Positions 38,349 through 49,685 of a DNA stretch of 64,000 bases are shown here, piece by piece. Below the pieces are notes generated by a model. It ran no database searches, was not told where the DNA came from, and saw only the letters and a list, made by a program, of their open reading frames with translations. A program made the translations under genes and the position numbers. Position 1 is the stretch's first letter; each line of letters opens with the position of its first letter. The DNA is from Minutocellus sp. GHC0000111 (Eukaryota). The stretch is taken from assembly GCA_977018835.1 (NCBI GenBank), contig OZ361260.1:3348001-3412000 (forward strand), given 5' to 3'.

Positions 38349-39482
38349 ATGGATACTCCAAAGGGACACATCTTCAGTCCACCGCGTCCACCGAAACGCG
38401 CCGAGGCGACTGCATTCAGCCCCTCGCGCCATGAGAAGGAAACTTCCAACGAAACGCCGGAACATCCGCGGTATCGAGAGAACAAGGACAACGATGACGA
38501 GGAGGACAACCAAGGGGTCCCACCGGCATCGTCAGACCTCACATCTCCTCGTGTGTTGAAATATCGACGCGAGTACAACGAAGAGGATGGCTTCGCCGCC
38601 GAACAAGCCCAAGCAAGGAAGTACTTGCATCATGACATATTGCGTGCCGACTTTCGCGGTACCGCTACCGTTTCATCTCATTCTGATGAAGATGATTCAT
38701 TCTCAGAGATGAGCATAGCAACCGCCGACGCAAAGCCAAGCGGCGAGAGGAGAAAGCCCGTGAGCTCATTCGACCTTCCCTCCGCCACGCCCATGGTAAC
38801 AAGTCCAATGTCAGTTCATACTCAGTATGCTCTTACCCCAAGCCGCTCATGCCCGTCGTTCAGCAACCTTCAATTGTCATCCCCTACCATCTTGGAGCCC
38901 TTGCCTCCAACCGAACCAACCGAACGACAGATTGAACGAGAGGTTGAGGAACATCGGAGGCTTGCGTGCTTTTTGACGTACGGAGAAGCACCACTACCAC
39001 AAGATATAAAGAACTACAAGTCACCCACATGTAGTCAGAGGCCCGAACCAAGAAGAAAAGAGAAAGGGGTCTACCTCCCCTTCAAACAAGTTCCTGGTTG
39101 GGGTAGCGAGGTCGCGGTCACCACAGTGCTAGGCATGATCGAAGTCGATCGCCAAGTAAGAGAGGGTCGTGGTGCCTACCCGAAAGGGTGGAGAAGCAGA
39201 GAACTCGGATTGTATGATAACAAGACAATAGAATTCTCTATTGCATTATCTACTGACAAGGTTGCATTAGATGCATATAAGTTGGGATATGAGGATGGGA
39301 GTAAACAACCAACTGCTCACCCTGCCCTCACTGCCAATAAACTTGCCGATGCATATGGTGTGAAGCGCGGAAAGATTCGTCAGTCCCTCCACGCTGTGTG
39401 GCTTTCTAATGATCATAAGAAGGCCAAGGAGGCAAAAAAGAATACCGGTAGAAATAGAAGAACAAAGAAGCCCGTGATATAA
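38349..39482 (+). CDS. Second (accessory) ORF of the transposon, ~377 aa, unknown function
   Basis: Starts MDTPKGHIFSPP; S/P/E-rich N-half; basic C-terminus 'KKNTGRNRRTKK'. Essentially identical at 32064-33012 in copy 1. Convergent with the transposase. Confidence 0.65.
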   Translation: MDTPKGHIFSPPRPPKRAEATAFSPSRHEKETSNETPEHPRYRENKDNDDEEDNQGVPPASSDLTSPRVLKYRREYNEEDGFAAEQAQARKYLHHDILRADFRGTATVSSHSDEDDSFSEMSIATADAKPSGERRKPVSSFDLPSATPMVTSPMSVHTQYALTPSRSCPSFSNLQLSSPTILEPLPPTEPTERQIEREVEEHRRLACFLTYGEAPLPQDIKNYKSPTCSQRPEPRRKEKGVYLPFKQVPGWGSEVAVTTVLGMIEVDRQVREGRGAYPKGWRSRELGLYDNKTIEFSIALSTDKVALDAYKLGYEDGSKQPTAHPALTANKLADAYGVKRGKIRQSLHAVWLSNDHKKAKEAKKNTGRNRRTKKPVI

Positions 39483-39577
39483 ACAAACCAATGCTGCTGC
39501 ATCTTACATGTAGATCTATAAATAATTTGTAGACGTGTAACATTTATTTAATACATGTGTAAAGACATTAACACTAT

Positions 39578-42531
39578 CTATTTATTAGAAGGATGACGAG
39601 CTGAGGGCTCCATCCCCTTGGCCGTTTCGTTGAAGTCGATCCTAATTCCAGTGTGCAAGTTTTCGTCACCCAACCTTCCAACAAACTCATTGCTACCACC
39701 ACCGGCCTTAATCACCAGGCCCATTATCCTCCAGTACTGAACGAAGGCCGACGCAATTTTGCAGTTAGACATGCTATCGTAAACGTCCTCGGCAGTGTCC
39801 CAGATCTGGTCGGTGGAAATGACGGAGGTGCCTACCATTTTTCGTGCCCATTCCGAGTGCCGCCGGCTCATCGCGGGGAACACGCTCAAGTCAAGGACGT
39901 TGGCGTGAGGCATCTGCGGTGCCTGTGGCTGCCACGTCCAGCCTTGCTCAGCACAGAAGTTAGTATTAAATTGCGTGAAGGTTCCGTCCTCGTGAGGCCC
40001 GGCCTGGTCGCCCTGGATAATAACATGGCAATCTTCGTATTGCTTGCCCGGACCGACAAGGTTGAGAATCGCTGGGAAAATAGTCTCCTTGAATACGAGG
40101 AGCAAAGAGCATTTCGGATCCTTTTTGGTGCCTTCGTTCGATCCAGTAACGCAACAATCAACAAGAAACGACTCTCCTTTCCGGCGAAGAGGTTCCTTTG
40201 GTGTCCCATCGGGGTTGGCATTTGGGTACCGTATTGAACCATCAGGCTGTGACACTGCTTCGTACTGAGCTCGCTCCGCTATTTTAGGAGCTTGAGCTCG
40301 TACCAGTGGCAGTTTTACAACCTCGCACCCACTCTCAAGAGAACCGTCAAAGACAGCGGCAACAAATGCAATGGCCATGACCTTGTTGATGTGGCTCCTG
40401 TGAAAGGCCGCGTAATCTCGCTTTTTCACGCCGATTTCCTCGCAAGCCTTCGCAAAAGCTCGGAGGACGAGACCCCAGAACCATTTCTCATCGTAATGCA
40501 CGAGGAGAACTCGCTTCTTTCCATTCGGTAAATTGCCGTTCTCATCCCGAATGTTCCAGAAATTCCGCACGAGCTGAGCAAAGGCCAGATGCTTAGCTTT
40601 TTGAGCCTCCGACAGGCGCGGTACCAGCCGCTCCTTGTAGAAAGTGAAGGTGTCGAATGACTTTTGAGCCACCGCTCAATCGTCTTGTGCGAGCACCACA
40701 GACCAATGTCCTGCTCCAAACCACGGAACGATCGCTGAGGATTGCTGGAAAGGGCCGCAACAATGTCGTTCTGCATGCACGGCTGCCTTGCCAAGTGCTC
40801 CCGCCTCTTCAGCTCCCACAGCTGCTTGTCATCGTCGCTGATGGTGTCGTGCTCGGTCAGGCACGTTTTGAGCAACTCATTGTCAGCCTCCTTCGACACA
40901 GAATCATAGCGGTCTTCCTTTGCCTCTCTGCACTTATTGATTGCATGCAGGCGCTTAGCAGTAAAGTGCTGCTCAGCCGTCTTGTAATTGTCAATGGTAG
41001 ACTTTGGCCGAACCGACGAATCCTTGGGAGCGGGGGTGACAAATGCAAGCTCGGCCTGATCTGCTGGTGTGCCCCGGGCAATGGCATTCTTCCGAGACTC
41101 GTTCTGGATGTCTCGCAGCCCATTCTTACCCTTCCCCCACGCTCTGCAGAGCTCACGAATAGTGACCCTCCCATCCGACTGAAACTTCTGCGATGAACTG
41201 TTCCTGCTTGAGTGCTGCGTCCCTCCGGTGCTCTTCAAATGCACTTCCAGAAGCAATCCCTGGGCAAAAAGCATGCTCTTCTCCTCGTCGTTCAATCCCT
41301 TCTTGCCTTTGGTTGCTCGATTCGCCTCCTTTCGAAGATATCCATCCTTCTTCCTGTGTCGCATGCCATGCAAAAGCTTTCCGACAAGAGTCTCCATCGG
41401 ACTGCCATCGCTCTTTGCACGCTTGTTGGCACCGGCGCTGTCAACACTATCCATCCCCGCCTGAGCAGCTGCTGTCAATTTGCGCCTGTCCTTGGCAATT
41501 GAATCGGCATTGAGGCCGAGTGGGATCGGGGTGATGGCCTTGAGAGGCACATTCTTGTGCATCATGCCACCAAAAGGCTTCTCACACTGGACATCGCAAA
41601 GAGCACCTCCACCGACACCTCCACTGACCACAACAAATCCCTCACCCTCAGGCCGATTCATGTTGGGACTGAAGTCGGCAGACACAAGGACATGTTCCCC
41701 AGTGCTGATGGCAGGTCGCATGTCATCTTCCATTCTCATTGCTTTCTTGCGTTCGGGTGGTGCATCCGTCGGCATCCTGTGCGACCGAAGATGTTCACGC
41801 ACTTGCACCCTCTGCTCCAAATGACGCATCGCCTCCTTCATTTTGTTCCTTTTCTTCTCGGCATCGACCATGGCCTTTTCATCCTTCCGCTTTTCTCGTT
41901 TCAAGGCATCCCTTAGCCCTTTCAAAGCCTCCTCTGCAGCTTTGTGTTGCGCTTCGGCCTCAACCAGCAGTACATCCAAATTCTCCTCGGTCGATCCACC
42001 AGAATTGGCGGTGCCGGTAGCAGAAACACCGACACTGGCAGGATTGCCAGATTCTTCACTGTTGCCGCTTCCATCCACCACCATGGACTCGGCGATGCCC
42101 CCAGCTTCGACATTGTCATCAATCACCAGGACGAGCAGCGATGCCAGCATTGTCCTCGACCGTCGGCTCAGGGCTGGCATCGGCGTTGTTGGATGACGAG
42201 TTGCGCCGAGCAATTTGAATTTGAGAAATCGGCGCATCTTGTGCCGGATCAGGACCGGTCTGGCTCGGACAGCACAGCTAGCTCCTCCTCTCGGGGTCGG
42301 GCTTGCTCCATGACATCCTGCTGTTTCTGAAGTGAGTGAGAGGCCCGCCCATGCCCGGTTCGCTATGGTCTGGATCATCCCAGGAGACTTGCCACGAATC
42401 GTAGAGGCATCGATGGTGCCGCTCCGATGGACAAAACAATCAAAGCATGGGATGGAGCTGTCGGACCGACGGGAGCGGCGACATGCTGGCGCATCAGCTG
42501 CGGTGGCAGCAGTGGTGACAGCCATTTGCAT
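39578..42531 (-). pseudogene. Mariner-like DDD transposase, frameshifted
   Basis: 'VHYDEKWF', 'QGDQAGPH', 'QAPQMPHANVLDLSVFP' with 38 residues between the 2nd and 3rd Asp. A +1 frameshift near 40662 links ORFs 40426..42531 and 39578..40672. Confidence 0.9.
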
Positions 42532-44790
42532 TAATATGGTGTTGGATGCAGTATTTTGTGGCAGTAGAGCAACAGTTTGTATGTCGGGTGGGTTGGAAAT
42601 GAGGAAGGTTTCATTGAGTGGTGGGCGCGCCGGGCGGGTGATGATTTTTTTTGGCCCGCTCGACTTTGGCGCGGGGTCACCCGGACCGCATAAGACACGC
42701 CATTATGGGGACCATGGAGACCGATATCGGAGCTCAAACCATATGGCTACTTGAATCAATGCATTTGGGAGGTGGTGGTGGGGTCGGGAGGTGGAGGAGG
42801 TGACCGGTTGTCATCGGAAAAACTGGCAGAAGTCGGGAGGGGCGATGGATGGGGGGTGAATCGGCCAGACGCTGGCATGGGAAGATGAAATCGATATCTC
42901 CGAGTCGGTCCAAGGTCAAGGACCAACCCGTTCTGGAGATACCACGCTTATCCCTTGCGTGAAGCGGATGCCGTCGGCACTGCCGTCACCGCCATCTTGA
43001 AGACAGGACGACAGCAAATGAATGCTGCTTGCTGCGTGCGTTTGCGCTGATTTTTATGAGATTTTGCCCAAAGACCCGAAAACCGGGTCCCTGAAACTGC
43101 TGTCCGCGACCTCGTACGACACCCGCGTCTGCGGAGGGCTCAACATGACCCTGTTCTGGAACATCTTCTGGCTCATACCCGCCTATATGTTCATGCTTAT
43201 CCCTTTTTCCACCTTCTACTACGAGGCCGACGATGGCATGCTCATGGCCGGAACCAACACCGCCGCCGGCCGCAATGCCAAGAAGAAGTCACGAATCTGG
43301 GACGCCCTCAAGTGTGGCAGTTTGCCACCCTGGTCATTGTTGTCCTCGTCTTCTTCCTCACATACTACTTCCTCAGCGACACCGACATTCCCATCCGGGA
43401 GTACCAGTACAACGGAACCACCTCCCAGCTCTTCACCTACGAAACCGTTCCCATCTATACAACATTTCCAACACGTCGCAGGTCCTCCCCTTCCAGTCCT
43501 ACCAGCTGGAACCGATGGGACGGGGAGACCGCATCGTCCTTGAGAGCAACCACGAATTTGAACAGAAGGGCAGCGTCGTCGTGCAGGTTGGCCTCGGCAC
43601 ATTCTTTGCCGGCCTCATGGCCTTCGTCGGGTGGTTCTTCTTTGCCCTGTTCGGCGGAGTTGGCATCGCGGCGATGCCTCTGGATCTCATCATGAACTTT
43701 GTCAACCGTCCCCGTCACATGGATGCCGTGGAATTTTCCGAGGCGCAAATGTCCATTCGGGAGCGCGTCAATGAACTCGTGGATATTGGCGAGCTTCTCA
43801 AGATTGAGCGGGAGCAAAAGGAGATGGCCAACGACGGGGGAGGAGGCGGCGGCGGTTTCCTCTGTTTTGGTGGCAAGAGCGGGGGCGGGGGCGGTGGTAC
43901 TCGCAAGGAAAGGAAGGAGGAGAAGAAAACCCTCCTCGAGTTCAAGAAGGCAGTGTACATGCTGGAAAAGGACGTCGAAGATTTCAAGAATTGCACGGCG
44001 AACTACAACACGTACAACCCCCTCATCCCCATTGGTTCGCTCATCGTTGGAATCTGCGCCTTTATCATTTCCATATTCTGGATTCTGCACATCATCCTTT
44101 ACGTCTTGCCCCCAGGCAATCCCATCACCCCGTTTTTGAATAACTATTTCCAATGGTTCGATCGTTGGTTCCCTCTTTTTGGCGTCCTTTCGGTGGCTCT
44201 CTTCACATTCTACCTGCTCCTGTGCGCGGTAAAGGGTTGCTTCAAGTTTGGTCTGAGGTTCCTCTTCTTTACCATCCACCCAATGAAGCTCAACGGAACG
44301 TACATGTCTAGCTTCCTTTTCAACACGGGCCTCATCATGCTCTGCTCACTTCCAGTGGTTCAATTCTGTACCACCGCCTTTGCCAGCTACGCCACGCCCG
44401 CTATGCCACCGTGAGACAGATCTTTGGCACGCAAATTCAGTACCTGTCGTTCTTCAAGTACTTTTGGGTGAACAATGTGTTTGTCTACGCTCTGCTTGCT
44501 TTTGCACTCTTAACGGCGTTATATCTTGGTTGTAAACCGAGAGATACCAGCACAGACTCCGTCGCTCTTCGAGACAGGCTCAGGTCGCGAAGGGGTTAAA
44601 AGAGTGGAGGGTTTAATCCTACTTCTCTAGTTACGGAGTAGTAATACGTGGCCTTGCGGTATCACAATACTCGCAACCAACTACGCTTAACAGATTTTGC
44701 TTACGTAACACTATGATCCTACGCCTTTAAGAATACTGCGCGGTTTCACTAACTTTTTATTATTGTTAATTACTTGGTATTAGTTTACTC

Positions 44791-45816
44791 TTATTCGTCT
44801 TCGGGAGCATCGCCATCAACCTCCTCATTCTCCATGGCAATTCTGTCCATCATGGCTTGGAGTTCGGCCTCCTCCTTGACACTGACGGCCTTCGGTGCCA
44901 TCTTCACATCGAGCTTGCCACCCTTGCTTTGGATGGTCGATTCGATGGTCTCGATCGCTTTGGTAAGGAGAGCAATGCCCGCCTCCTTGTCGAGGGTGGT
45001 GGTGCTAAGGACGTAAATCGGAGGAGCTATGAGCTTGACCTTGATCGGAGATTGCTCGGTGCCCAGGGCCATGCCGGCAAAGAGGGCGTCGCGGATGGCA
45101 TCGATGCCCTCGTAGGTGAAGCAGGAAACCTCAACGTCGGCCCGGACCTTGATGGGCTGCGGCGCCAGGCGGCGGCGGATGTAGGCCTTGAGCTCGTCGA
45201 GCATGTCGGCGGGGATATCGAGCTCAGCGAAGGGATCGTCGCGGTCGGTGGCCCCGCCGATGGCCTCATCGGCCAGAGCGAGCTTGAAGGCATCGTAGGC
45301 GTGGCCGTACTTCTTGTAAAGAGGCCAGCCAATGCGCTCGTAGAGGTCTTCCAGGTACAGCTTGCGCCTCTCGGCGAGGTGACGGAGGACGCCGTGGACG
45401 GCCTTGGCCTTGTTGTAGCGGTCCTCGCACTTGGCAATGTCCTCAGGCGAGACGCGGCGCTTGCTGAGATCGATGTAGCCCTTCTCCTTGTCGACACGAA
45501 GGACCATCACCACCTCGTTGCGGCGAACCCGAATAAGCTTGTTGATGGAGCGGATACGACGACGGGACAGCTCCGAAAGCAGGATCATGCCCTCGATGTT
45601 GTTGTACTCCATGAGAGAAACGTAGGCGCCCATGTCGGCAATGTTGCGCACGTTGACCATGACGATCTCTTCAATTTCGGGGTACTTATTCTCATAAAAA
45701 CGGCAGTCCAGATTCTTTCGGTCGTCCGATAGGTACAGGCGGAATGTGGACTCGCCATCTGCCGATGCACCAGCATCGGCAGTGGTTGGGGTGGCTGATA
45801 CTACAGTCTCGGGCAT
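44791..45816 (-). CDS. EIF2S1: Translation initiation factor eIF2 alpha
   Basis: 'CRFYENKYPE', 'EGMILLSELSRRRIRS', 'VDKEKGYIDLSKRRV', 'KLIAPP.YV'. Confidence 0.97.
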   Translation of the reverse strand: MPETVVSATPTTADAGASADGESTFRLYLSDDRKNLDCRFYENKYPEIEEIVMVNVRNIADMGAYVSLMEYNNIEGMILLSELSRRRIRSINKLIRVRRNEVVMVLRVDKEKGYIDLSKRRVSPEDIAKCEDRYNKAKAVHGVLRHLAERRKLYLEDLYERIGWPLYKKYGHAYDAFKLALADEAIGGATDRDDPFAELDIPADMLDELKAYIRRRLAPQPIKVRADVEVSCFTYEGIDAIRDALFAGMALGTEQSPIKVKLIAPPIYVLSTTTLDKEAGIALLTKAIETIESTIQSKGGKLDVKMAPKAVSVKEEAELQAMMDRIAMENEEVDGDAPEDE

Positions 45817-46599
45817 GGTGAAAATTGTGTGTTCGGTCGGGTGCGTACGCGCTTCGAGCCGATCGAATAATCAGGTTATTCCCAACGCTTAGCAAAATTC
45901 AACAACTGATCAAATAAGCTATGCCACGGAGCCTTCCTTGACTGCAACGAGCGTTCTACTGGCTAGTATTGCAGCTGTACGTGTCGTGCTTTGTTCGAAT
46001 AAACTGGCGGCGTTCACCGCCATGGTGGCCGGCCTCGATGGCTCGTATCCGGGTCTCTATGAGAAGTCTGTCCGTCATCCAAGCAGCAATTCGCCCCGAG
46101 TTGATCATTCATTTTTCAACCAGTTCGAGAATAACAATGGTGCGTTCGATAATTAGCGGAGGGAAGATGGACCACCCCAGATGCCGTGGAGATGGCACAA
46201 GCCACAGATATCGTTGATGTCGTTGGTGTATCGGCAGCTTCCTTGTGTAAACCAAGAGTCGGCGGATGATTTTGCCGCCTCTCGATTTTGGGCGGGTCCG
46301 GAACGATGGGAGAAGCATGTCTTGTGCCTGGATCAGAATGTTGTCCCCTCGAAGCCCAACTCGCGCAGAATACGCGCGCATTAGTAACCCCGACGTTGTG
46401 ATTGGCCCTGTCGAGTGGTTGGGAGAAAACCAGCGGCGGAACGGCGTGCCCGTTCCCCCCATGGTTACCGCTTGCCACCTTACTAATGGGTTCTGAGCAC
46501 ACAATATCGGGACCAAAATTGAAATCGGGACCAAATTTACCCACTTTGATGCCTATTCTCACTCATCTACTCCACTCCACCCTTTCTACAACCAAACAG

Positions 46600-46806
46600 G
46601 ATCAACCAGTCAAGCTCGCTAAGGTCAACCGCGTCCTCGGCCGAACCGGCAACACCGGTAACGTCACTCAGGTCCGCGTTGAGTTCATGGACGATTCCGG
46701 CGGAATGGGCGGACGTTCCATCGTCCGTAACGTCAAGGGACCCGTCCGCGAGGGAGACATCCTCTGCCTTCTCGAGTGGGAGCGCGAGGCTCGTCGTCTT
46801 CGGTAA
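46600..46806 (+). CDS. RPS28: 40S ribosomal protein S28 (main exon; start-codon exon not resolved)
   Basis: '[25 protein letters not shown]...[26 protein letters not shown]' after a pyrimidine tract and CAG acceptor. Confidence 0.93.
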   Translation, partial: DQPVKLAKVNRVLGRTGNTGNVTQVRVEFMDDSGGMGGRSIVRNVKGPVREGDILCLLEWEREARRLR

Positions 46807-47295
46807 ACTAATGATCTATTTAGTGTAAGAAGTATAATGTAATCGGGACACACCTCTTCACATTGATCTCTAGCTAGCTAGATCTACAGAAGTGATCTGC
46901 AATGTAATAGAAATATCACGGTCGATGCTTTGTGTGGTTCTTTCCCACACATTCACACTTGCATATTGTGTCATGAGAAAAATACTTTGAGTCTATGCGT
47001 CGCTTAACGATTCGAATGTACTTGTGACTACATGTACATGGATCTAAAGCTGGAGAAATTACGTTTGGTGGTGGTACCAACAGAACGCTGATGTCGTTTC
47101 AAGCAAGGTCGCTTTTGTGTGGTGACAATCATTTTCGGATCGTGATACCATCCCTAAATGCTAAGGAAACTTCCCTCTCCCCTCTCATTCTAATGCAAAG
47201 CCAAACGTAAATGTAACACAACGGGACGGAATGACATTTGCGTCTCTTCTGAACAAAAGATGTTTACATCGACGCATTTTGTTTAATTGATATCG

Positions 47296-47325
47296 CATCA
47301 TCATCATCATCATCATCATCATCAT
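47296..47325. repeat. (CAT)10 microsatellite
   Basis: Perfect trinucleotide run. Confidence 0.9.
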
Positions 47326-47350
47326 TTGGAATGCTGAAGACCACTAATCT

Positions 47351-48181
47351 CTAATCCGTAACAATAGTGGCTGCTGCTGGCTGATGATCTGCCGGAATTT
47401 CAACACCGGGAGCTCCGCTCGTACCAGATGCAAAGGCATCGACAACTTCCGTCTTGGTCATTTCTTCTTTCTTGCCGTCGATCTTGGCCTGGATAACATT
47501 AATGTCATTCCGTGCCGTATCAAAGGCAAGCCGGATCTTTGATTCCTTTTCCTCAACTGACGTGCCATCGTCAACCTCGAGCTGAGCCATTAGATCATAC
47601 ACTTCGACACCAAACTTTTGCTTGCGCGTCTTGACTTCGCGTTCGAGGAAAACAATGTCGGTCTGATGGAATGAGACAGGTGATGGGAAAGAAGAAAGGG
47701 TGCAGAAGTTGTGTGTATGAGCACGATCGATCCGCTAAGTTAGGACGAAGAAAACAAAACGATGGAAGCCAACGAGAGATAGATGCAGAGAGAGGAATTC
47801 CTACTACATGTAGGAATTTCTAATCGAATCTTTCCCTCAAATGCTTCCAAATCCACCCAACGATAAGCGACGCAAAATCCATGGAAGCGATGGGATTTGA
47901 TGGCTTGGTAAGCGTTTTCATTGCCGTGTCGCCTGCCAAGTGATGATTCTCTGGATATCATCGGAGTCGTTGCTAATAATTGTTCTGTTTCCGATGTGGC
48001 GCCCGCGCGCACCGCGGAACCACCGCACCCGGCCATCACAATACAAGACTCGACTCATTGTCGAACAAAACTCCAATCCATAGACCAAAAGAGATATATC
48101 ACTCACTTTGAGCATGGTTTTGGCGCCGCTATCGGCGACCACCTTTCCCATAGACTTTGCTTTTTCGAGGAGATTGTTCAT
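47351..48181 (-). CDS. Small coiled-coil hypothetical protein, two exons
   Basis: Exon 48181-48107 (MNNLLEKAK...KTMLK), GTGAGT..CAG intron 48106-47663, exon 47662-47351 ('TDIVFLEREVKTRKQKFGVEVYDLM'). Confidence 0.75.
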
Positions 48182-48453
48182 GGTTGATACAGACTTGCAA
48201 TGGAGGAAAAGATGCAGAAGAAAAATGCGCGAAGCAAGAGTAAAAAGAATTTCAATTTTCACCCATTCTCTGGGTCAATAAATGCACGTTTTGCCCGGAA
48301 ACTTGAGGTACGTGGTGGCGTGCAAATCAAATCTTCCAGGCCTCATGTTCGACGACCGACGGCGGCCCGCATTCTCGAAACAGCACTTATTTGATTTCGC
48401 ATTGCACTTGGCGTGGTCGCGGTATGAACAACTAACGACAAGGGAACACAACA

Positions 48454-49685
48454 ATGAAGATTTCATCGGCGTCCTTGATCGTTCTGGCTGCTTCTCTGGA
48501 TGTTGTCGGTGCGTTTGCGCCGGCGTCGAATAGCAATATCCGGCTTCAGCCTCTGTATTCCTCATTCTCTTACCTCGAAAACCTGGGAGAAGAACCAGCC
48601 GCATCTCCTGACCAACAGCAGCAGCCACCGCAGCAGGCTTTCATGCAACCAGTCGCTGACCAGTATGCACCAGCTGCACCCCTGGGAGGCGATTCTGCCG
48701 CGACCTCTCGTGGAGATAAGTTTCAATACTCGCCCTGCACACCCATTGGAGACAATACCCGTGGTGGACAATACGGTCGTCTTTCGGGCTTGGCACCCGG
48801 TCGAGAGTAGTAAGTCAAGTCAACTGTTGCTTCTCGCAGTCGACGGCGTCCATTACTTGGCCATCTTTGATTATTCTCACATCTCGCTCTCTTGCGGCGT
48901 TGCTTTACTTTTCACCTTTTGCCTCATTCAGTTACGGTGCCGCCAACGATGGGTCTCGTCCCGATGGTATGTCATCGACGGAGCTAACTGCAGCCACGTC
49001 TTCCTCTCCTCACCTTGACAAGGGATTTAGTTCCGATTACTACAGTCCATGCACTCCTGTCGAGGACAACACTCGTTCGTATGCCGGAGGCTACAATCCT
49101 GCCCCCAAGAGGTGAGTTGCTCATGCAACAACGTTGAGAGGGTGCTGATTTTATCATTTCATGTATTGGGCATTGTCTTTGCTGCGAAATACAACTCTAA
49201 CAGTTATCATACATGCATTTCATTTCACCGCCAATCGAAACCCATTCGAAAGAGAATATTATGGTGCTGCTGATGACGGAAGCCGCCCAGAGGAAGTTGC
49301 TCGTACCGCACTCCCCCCTGCACATTTTGAGAAGGGAAATGGGTACAACTATTATTCTCCCTGCACTCCGTTGGGTGATAACACGAAATGGATTGGATCG
49401 GGGGGCTACAGCAACAGTGCTGCGCCCAAGAGAGAGTACTTTGGAGCGGCTGATGATGGGTCTAATGCAGCATTGCGACAAGCGTCGGGCGAAGCGGCTG
49501 CTTTGCCCCCATCAACTGCCATGACCCCCTACAGCAGCAGCGGCCCCAACCCATCGGGCGGCTACCAGCCCTATTATTCCCCGTCTGCCCCCGTTGGAGA
49601 CAATGCACCCAAGGAGGGAAGAAATACCCCGGCCCCAGGTCGCGAATACTATGGAGCTGCCGCGGATAGCAAGTATTACAACTAA
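48454..49685 (+). CDS. Plastid-targeted disordered protein with four YSP...AP(G/K)REY(Y/F)GAA.D repeats
   Basis: Signal peptide + 'GAFAPA'; introns 48810-48931 and 49112-49252 restore the repeat motif exactly. Confidence 0.82.

Larger units (their letters stand above)
38150..43114. mobile_element. Tc1/mariner DNA transposon, longer copy 2 (4,965 bp), inserted in LMBR1
   Basis: Same TIRs as copy 1. Right TSD is TA (43115-16); left TSD reads TG (38148-49). Removal restores the codons GGA-TAC-GAC. Confidence 0.95.
37908..44599 (+). pseudogene. LMBR1/LIMR-family membrane protein gene disrupted by a transposon and several frameshifts
   Basis: 'QHPDDKNEAWFPKLVV...LLLPLDVAN' (to 38149) rejoins 'YDTRVCGGLNM...IPFSTFYYEADD...GGVGIAAMPLDLI...IHPMKLNGTYMSSFLFN' (from 43115). 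Further frameshifts near 37960-38000, 43312, 43470 and 44400. Confidence 0.88.

Noticed and set aside
37908..39482. 524-aa ORF as a novel membrane fusion protein
   Set aside because: Fortuitous read-through from the broken LMBR1 5' end across the TIR into transposon ORF2.
33500..43020. CpG deamination or classical RIP as the cause of inter-copy differences
   Set aside because: Reciprocal TG/CA alone would fit CpG decay, but most one-sided differences are TA vs CA/TG, the TA TSD became TG, and TA is depleted rather than enriched. Not fully excluded without more copies.
44857..45732. Long antisense ORFs over eIF2-alpha (and similarly 54419..55417, 43455..44279, 62321..63004)
   Set aside because: Shadow ORFs caused by GC3-rich codon usage of the real gene on the opposite strand.
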